The notes beneath the pieces are model-generated. The model was given only the letters and a program-made list of their open reading frames with translations. It did no database searches and was not told the origin of the DNA. Shown one piece after another: positions 56,331 through 64,000 of a DNA stretch of 64,000 nt. Each line of letters opens with the position of its first letter. Within the stretch, counting starts at the first letter, position 1. The position numbers were made by a program, and so were the translations under genes. The stretch spans positions 32,240,001-32,304,000 of the forward strand of contig OX597837.1 of assembly GCA_951406725.2 (NCBI GenBank), read 5' to 3'. This DNA comes from Octopus vulgaris. Its lineage: Eukaryota.

Positions 56331-57254
56331 CACCAAATTACACTTCAGAGGAACCCAATTTCAGCCATTCATATTCACAATTATTTTTAATTAGGTTTTT
56401 CTTAATTACATTTTTAAAACTTTATCTTATTTTGTTTGTGGTTTTTTTCTTTCATTTGTGTGTCTTTTATTTGTTTTTAATTCTTAGTTTTTTTTGTTTA
56501 CTGCGGAAGTTATTTTGTTTTTGCATTTATTTTATTTTTATTTTATTTATATTTTATTTCCCTTATCTTTTATCTTTTGCTTGCTTCAGTCATTAGACTG
56601 TGGCCATGCTGGGGCACTACCTTGAAGAATACTTTCTCTATCAGTCTCTTTTGCCAAACAACAAAGTTATTGTATATACATGGGTATGTATATACAATGG
56701 GCTTCTTTCAGTTTCCATCGACCAAATCCACTCACAAGGCTTTGGTCGGCCATAGACAATAATAAAACACAGTGCCACACTGTAGGATTGAACCCAGAAT
56801 CATGTGATTGCAAAGCAAACTTCTTACCACATGGCCATGTCAGCACCCTTGTTTTTATTTATTTTATTTTCATTTTTTTGTTTTTATTATGTTTTTATTT
56901 CATTTTTCTGGAGAGGATTTTTATGAATATTTTTGGGGTTTTTCTCAGTCTATTTTCATTGTATGGTTTTGCATTTTCATTTTCTCCATCTTTCCTTCAA
57001 AACTTCCCCCCTCCCTCCGTCCCTCTACTTTCCTTTTCACCCTTCTGGTCTGTCCTCCTCCTCTGCCTCATCTTCCTCCTGTACAGCTTTACCTCTTCCC
57101 CATCCTGCCCCCCCCCTCTTGCCATTCTCCACTTCGTTTGGTAGTGTTGTTCTTTCTAATCTAGAAACTTATTCTCAAGGTAACCCAGTGCTTTGGTGCA
57201 ACATCCTGGTCTGTTTAATTGGTCTGGCATTTTTTAAGCCTTCCCTTCTTGTGA

Positions 57255-57584
57255 GAAGAGAGAGAAGAAGGAATGGTGGGGCGAGCGATGAGAGAGAAAG
57301 ACAGAGAAAGTGACAGAAAGAGAGAGAGAAACAGAGACAAAGAGAGAAACAGAGGGAAACAGAGACAGAGAGGATAGATGTGTGAAGGAGTGATTGAGTA
57401 AGTGAGTGAGTATAGTTGACAGAGAGAGAGAGAGAGACAGAGAGAGAGAAGGAATGGTGGGGCAAGCCAAGCAATGAGAAAGACAGAGAAAGTGACAGAA
57501 AGAGAGAGAGAAACAGAGGGAAACAGAGACAGAGAGGGTAGATGTGTGAAGGAGTGATTGAGTAAGTGAGTGAGTATAGTTGAC

Positions 57585-57621
<37 letters not shown>

Positions 57622-58110
57622 AGGAAGGAATGGTGGGGCAAGCAATGAGAAAGAAAGACAGAGAAAGTGACAGAAAGAGAGAAAGAAACAGAGACAGAGA
57701 GAAAGAGAGAGAAACAGAGAGAAACAGAGACAGAGAGAGAAATAGAGAGAAACAGAGAGAAACAGAGACAGAGAGAGAAATAGAGAGAAAGAGAGAGAAA
57801 CAGAGACAGAGAGAGAAACAGAGACAGAGAGAGAAATAGAGAGAAACAGAGACAGAGAGATAAACAGAGACAGAGAGAGAAATAGAGAGAAAGAGAGAGA
57901 AACAGAGACAGAGAGAGAAATAGAGACAGAGAGAGAGAGAGAAACAGAGAGAAACAGAGACAGAGAGAGAAACAGAGACAGAGAGAGAAATAGAGAGAAA
58001 CAGAGACAGAGAGAGATACTGAGAGAGGATAGATGTGTGAAGGAGTGATTGAGTAAGTGAGTGTAGTTGACAGAGAGAGAGAGAGAGAGAGAGAAGGGGG
58101 CATATAAGAA
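57255..58110. repeat. GA-rich compound satellite with ~165-bp duplicated units
   Basis: gatgtgtgaaggagtgattgagtaagtgagtg recurs three times among (GA/GACA/GAAA)n. Confidence 0.85.
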
Positions 58111-58851
58111 GAGGAGAGAGAGATGGAGCAGGGGAGAAATATTACAGACTGAATGAGAGAGAAGGAAAGAGGGGGGGACAAGCAGAAAGAAAAATAGATG
58201 AATTATAAAACAAAGACAGACAGCTGGGAAGATGGAAAGAGACAGACTGAGAACGAGAGAGAGAGAGAGAGAGAGAGACGGATGAAGAGACAGAAAAGAG
58301 GACAGATGGATGGAAAGGGGGGTGTGAGTGAGAGTAGTCGTTAGAGAGGAGGAGGAGGGCTTCTGTGCTGGGAGTGTGTGAGTAAGTCAGGATGAAAGAG
58401 AGACAGGGACAAATGTATGGAGATAGAGTGAAGCTTGGTGAGATGGAGAAAAGAGATGACAGAGCTGTGGATGGAGGAGGATGGAGGAAGAGTGACAGTG
58501 GGAGAGAATGTGGGAGAACAAAAAGGAGAGAGGAAGGATAGATGCGGAGTGAGAAATAGAGAGAATGGGAAAGTAGGAGAAAGATGTACTGACAGACAGA
58601 CAGACAGACAGACAGGCAGACAGACAGACAGACAGAGACAGACAGACAGAGAGACAAACAGACAGAAAAATAGAAAGGACAAACAGACAGACAAACAGAA
58701 AGAGAAATGAACCATCAGAGCTAACAGACTGCTTTGCATTAATTATTCTGGTTCGTTGTGTTCTGAGTTCAAATCCTGCTGAGGTCGACTTTGCCTTTCA
58801 TTCTTTTGGGTGGGGGCCAAGAAAATACAATACCAGTAAAGTATTAGGGAT

Positions 58852-59100
58852 CATATTCTGTTGTGTCTGGGGAGAGTCATTTTTTTTTTTTTTGTGCCTT
58901 ATTCAAAACTATTGAAAAGGTTACGAGATGCAACGAAAATTTTAGGAAAATAAAAATTTTAAAAAAAGTGGAAATTTTACCGGTGAGTGTGTGTTACATT
59001 ATAAGGCACAAAAAGAAAATGACCCTCCCTAGACACAACAGAATATGCTTCAACACACGAACTCATATAAAGAATCTTGCAAACCAAATCCCAAAACGAA
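58852..59100 (+). mobile_element. Penelope-like fragment with a 5' inverted duplication and a UUGAAAA (U3-A8) hammerhead-like motif at 58909-58945
   Basis: 58852-58902 is inverted relative to 59001-59047. cta TTGAAAA g gttac gagat gcaac GAAA at T T tag. Confidence 0.5.
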
Positions 59101-59377
59101 ATATTTAGGGATCAGTTCTACTCATTCACTCCATCTTTCTATTTGTGTTTCTCATTCTGGAAGAAATCAACTGTGGTGGGGTCAGGAGAAGGATGGGCTG
59201 TCATCATTATCATCATCGTCATTTAACATCTATTTTCCATGCTGGCATGGACTGGACAGTTTGACAGATGCTGGCAAGGCCAGGGGCCACTCCAGATTCC
59301 ATTGTCTATTTTGGTATGATTTCCATGGCTGGATACCCTTCCTAATACCACTTTACAGAGTGTACTGGGTGTTTGTT

Positions 59378-59660
59378 TTTTATGTGACACTTGTGCTTTT
59401 TATGTGACACCAGGTCTTTTTATGTGGGACCAGGGCTTTTTATGCGGCACCAGGGCTTTTTATGTGGCACCAGGGCTTTTTATGTGGCACCAGGGCTTTG
59501 TATGTGGTACCAGGGCTTTGCATGTGGCACCAGGGCTTTTTATGTGGCACCAGAGCTTTTTATGTGGTACTAGGGTTTTTTATGTGGCACCAGAGCTTTT
59601 TATGTGACACCAAGGTTTTTTATGTGACACCAGGGCTTTTTATGTGGCTCCAGGGATTTT
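59378..59660. repeat. 20-bp minisatellite (ttttatgtggcaccagggct)n, ~13 units, in an old family E SINE (59200-59660)
   Basis: Direct sequence. Confidence 0.9.
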
Positions 59661-59751
59661 TACTTGGTGCCATCACCATCCACTCTGCCAGTTTACAAAT
59701 GTCCAAGGCATGACATATGTTACATTGGCTCCCTCACAACTCGATCAAGGA

Positions 59752-59920
59752 TGGGCGGATTTTTATCAAAGAAGTATAATTGACTTTGTTAATCAATGGG
59801 AGAAATGCATAGCTGTTCAGGAATCATATTTTGAATAACTGAATCTTTGTATAAGTTCAGTTTTTCAAGAATATAAAGCTTATTTTTATAATCATCCATT
59901 ATTTTTTGAACAACTTAATA
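59752..59920 (+). mobile_element. mariner transposase C-terminus and right end
   Basis: DFYQRSIIDFVNQWEKCIAVQESYFE*, then TIR-like attattttttgaacaacttaata. Confidence 0.75.
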
Positions 59921-59957
59921 CGGCTACATTCATGAACACAGGTGTGATATTTATGCT

Positions 59958-60008
<51 letters not shown>

Positions 60009-60019
60009 TAGTAATAATA

Positions 60020-60281
60020 AGTAAATGCGCCCTTTTAAAGCCTAGCCAGGCTTATGGGCCCAGTTTCCTGGTTTCTATGGCTTATGTGTTCCTCAGCTGG
60101 ACGGGACACCAGTCCATCGCAGCGTTACTCATTTTTGCCAGCTGAGTGGACTGGAGCAACGTGAAATGAAGTGTTTTGCTCAATAACACTACGCGTCGTC
60201 CGGTCCAGGAATCGAAACCACAATCTTATGATCATGATGCTGACACCCTAACCACTAAGCCACGCGCCTCCTGCGCCTCCA
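60020..60281 (-). mobile_element. SINE family D with tail ii
   Basis: Family D body, then gctgcgatggactggtgtcccgtccagctg...gaaaccagg. Confidence 0.85.
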
Positions 60282-60558
60282 CCATATATGTACATAATAT
60301 GTATATATATATATTTATATATATTTAAAATAATGAGGGAGATAAATTAATATTAATTTTAATATCAATTTAAAACCAGTAGTCCAGCATACAAAAAATC
60401 TGAGAAGTCTTAATTCTGTTTTTTATATACATTTTCATCTGTCCTGCCCGCCAAATTTGGTTCTGGTGTTCGCTGAATTTTTCCTCTAGAGAATTTCCCT
60501 TGTAGTTTGATCGTTGATGATCTGTTTCTAGCAGTCAAGCGCTGCCAATATACACATA

Positions 60559-60593
<35 letters not shown>

Positions 60594-61018
60594 AAGCATG
60601 TATGTATTATGTGTGTATGTATGTATGTATGTATGCATGTATGTATGTATGTATGTAGTCTTTGTATTTGTTTGCTTTTGTTTTAGGATGCTGTTTCTTA
60701 ATTCTTTGAATTCTTTGTATAAAAGAAGGAGCTGTTTTCTAACTAAGAAACTAAGTTCTATCTTTGGAATTTTGATAACATCTGCAGTAAAATCAAAATT
60801 ACATGTTGAATGAATTTTAGAAAATTTTCATAGTTCTGTGTTCACTGATTGAATTTGCAGAATACAAGAACAATGGGGTTTTTTTTTTTATCACTATGTG
60901 AAATCTCCAAATCGTTTTACATTACCACATAAATACCGTGCCAATAACTAATTGTTTTCATTCATTAAATCCATTCATAAGGCTTTGTTTGGCTCGTAGC
61001 CCTATACATATGTGTGAG

Positions 61019-61405
61019 GTGGAGGCGCAATGGCCCAGTGGTTAGGGCAACGGACTCGCGGTCATAGGATTGCGGTTTCGATTCCCAGACCGGGCGTTGT
61101 GAGGGTTTATTGAGCGAAAACACCTAAAGCTCCACGAGGCTCCGGCAGGGGATGGTGGTGATCCCTGCTGTACTCTTTCACCACAACTTTCTCTCACTCT
61201 TACTTCCTGTTTCTGTTGTACCTGTATTTCAAAGGGCCGGCCTTGTCACTCTCTGTGTCACGCTGAATATCCCCGAGAACTACGTTAAGGGTACACGTGT
61301 CTGTGGAGTGCTCAGCCACTTACACGTTAATTTCACAAGCAGGCTATTCCGTTGATTCGGATCAACCGGAACCCTCGTCGTCGTAACCAACGGAGTGCTT
61401 CCATC
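61019..61405 (+). mobile_element. SINE family C, tail i
   Basis: TSD acatatgtgtg. Confidence 0.92.
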
Positions 61406-61480
61406 CACATATGTGTGGGTGGGTGTATGTAAATGTGTGTGTGTGTGTGAATTTGTAGTGCAATATATTGATTGATGGAA

Positions 61481-61892
61481 GGTAAGCTGGCAGAAACGTT
61501 AGCACGCCGGGCGAAATGCGTAGCCGTATTTCGTCTGTCATTACGTTCCGAGTTCAAATTCCGCCGAGGTCGACTTTGCCTTTCATCCTTTCGGGGTCAT
61601 TAAATTAAGTACCAGTTACACACTGGGGTCGATGTAATCGACTTAATCTCTTTGTCTGTCCTTGTTTGCCCCCTCTGTGTTTAGCCCCTTGTGGGTAGTA
61701 AAGAAATAGGTATTTCGTCTGTCGTTATGTTCCGAGTTCAAATTCCGCCGAGGTCGACTTTGCCTTTCATTCTTTCGGGGTCATTAAATTAAGTACCAGT
61801 TATGCACTGGGGTCGATGTAATCGACTTAATCCCTTTGTCTGTCCTTGTTTGCCCCCCTCTGTGTTTAGCCCCTTGTGGGTAGTAAAGAAAT
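61481..61892 (+). mobile_element. SINE family B dimer
   Basis: Two units inside one 19-bp TSD aatatattgattgatggaa (61462-61480 and 61890-61908). Confidence 0.92.
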
Positions 61893-62892
61893 ATATTGAT
61901 TGATGGAAATCACAGACTGCTCCTCTAACAGACCTGGCTACCATATCACATAGTAATCCAATACAGGGGAGTATAATTTAAAATTCTATGCCGCTCAAAT
62001 CCAGGTGATCCATAGGTGTAAATATGTTGCTCTGGAGATCAGAAGAGCTAGCCTTCTACATATGCATTGATTCATAATTGTACAATTGTACAGGCAATGT
62101 ATAATATGCATATTGGTGCAGACATGTAAAATAATTTATTATACTCTGAAATTAATATTGCATGATGCGGGTTGTGAAACAGCTGTAACCCTATGGATAA
62201 CAAGTGGTTAAATAAATATATTCATCTTTCATATCTGCTGATGTTTTATGGTCTATACAGTCCTCATGAAATAATTTCATGGAGTGGATTTCAACTGCAT
62301 ATAACTCTGTGTGTGTGTATGTGTATGCGTGTGTGTATGTGTGTGTAAATATGTATCATAACCATTGTCGACATCATCATCATTTAATGTCCACGTACCA
62401 TACTCACATTGGTTCAGATGATTGGACAGGATCCAAGATGTCCAAGGACTTCCTCATGCCCCAGGGTCTGCTTCAGAACGGTCTCTATGACTGGATGCCC
62501 TTCCTTATGCCAACTCCTTTACAGTGAACGCTGGATGCTTTTTTTTCATGTCACCAGCACTTGTGAAGTCACCTTGGACTTTACAAGACTATGAAACCCA
62601 ACAGAGGTGACTTTGTGCTATGAGATGAAAGGTTAAAGTTTGAGAGAAAAGGTCAGAGCGAAGCAGTTTACTTTCTGTATAGAAGCTACAGGGCTAAGCA
62701 CCCATTACACTCTTGGCATGGTTGGCATTAGGAAGGGCATCCCAGTTGTAGAAACCATGTCATATCTGACTGGAACTTGGTGCAGCTCTCCAGCTTAACA
62801 ATTCCGGACAAACCATCTAACCCATGCCAGCAAAGAAAGTGAATGTTAAATGATGATGATGATGATGATGATGATACACACACATGCACAAG

Positions 62893-62963
62893 CATAGATA
62901 GACAGATAGATAGATAGATAGATAGATAGATATATAGATAGATAGATAGATAGACAGACAGGC

Positions 62964-63027
<64 letters not shown>

Positions 63028-63065
63028 TGACAAATAGTTAGATAGATAGATAGACAGGTAGACAA

Positions 63066-63102
<37 letters not shown>

Positions 63103-63183
63103 CAGACAGACTGACAGACAGACAGACAGACAGACAGATAGACAGACAGATAGACAGACAGACAGACAGGAAGACAGACAGAG

Positions 63184-63266
<83 letters not shown>

Positions 63267-63305
63267 CAAATAGATAGATAGATAGATAGATAGACAGGTA
63301 GACAA

Positions 63306-63351
<46 letters not shown>

Positions 63352-63365
63352 GGATGGATAGAGAT
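62893..63365. repeat. (GATA)n/(GACA)n microsatellite
   Basis: Direct sequence. Confidence 0.95.
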
Positions 63366-63604
63366 ACATGTGCTCATGCACACACAAAGGATGTGAGATG
63401 ACTTAATTGTCCTATCTCACAAATTACCTTTCACATAATAACGACAATCAATTTACTGAAACACCTGTTGGTTTCTAAATGTTAAATACTAATTACATTT
63501 TCTGCTTATTATTCCACACACACACACACACATATGCTCACACACATGCATGCATGCACACATAAATGCACACACATTCTCATATACACGTACTCTCTTT
63601 AATC

Positions 63605-64000
63605 TTTTTTACTCTTTGACTTGTTTCATTCATTTGACTGTGGCCATGCTGGAGTACCGCCTTTTAGTCAAGCAAATCGACCCCGGGACGTATTTTTTTG
63701 TAAGCCCAGTACATATTCTATCGGTCTCTTTTGCCAAACCGCTAAGTGATGGGGACGTAAACACACCAGCATCGGTTGTCAAGCAATGCTAGGGGGACAA
63801 ACACAGACACACAAACACACACACACACATACATATATATATATACATATATACGACAGGCTTCTTTCAGTTTCCGTCTACCAAATCCACTCACAAGGCA
63901 TTGGTCGGCCCCGGGGCTATAGCAGAAGACACTTGCCCAAGATGCCACGCAGTGGGACTGAACCCGGAACCATGTGGTTGGTTAGCAAGCTACTTACCAC
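63605..64000 (-). mobile_element. SINE family A (runs off the window end)
   Basis: As other copies. Confidence 0.92.

Noticed and set aside
63428-63474. Minus-strand exon with an AAG/GTAATT donor
   Set aside because: Stop codons in all three frames.

Overview
Eukaryotic, AT-rich and extremely repeat-dense DNA. The SINE, microsatellite and Dong/R4 repertoire looks like an Octopus (coleoid cephalopod) genome; this is my recognition, not a database result. Almost every ORF in the supplied track is a translated microsatellite. Supported content: one full-length decayed IR/DR Tc1 (DD34E); maT-like (DD37D) and mariner remnants; RTE and R4/Dong LINE 3' fragments; at least five SINE families with shuffled heads and tails; MITEs; and a 6.5 kb duplication across a 100-N gap that is probably an assembly artefact. 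Two short minus-strand exons with matching phase suggest the window is mostly intron of an unidentified gene. The most striking signal is a set of minimal type I hammerhead-ribozyme motifs in short Penelope-like fragments, several of them abutting (TA)n. Their cores read CTGACGA, ATGAATA (twice), GTGAACA and TTGAAAA, i.e. all four Watson-Crick versions of the catalytic 3:8 base pair. All motifs were read by eye and no activity has been shown.
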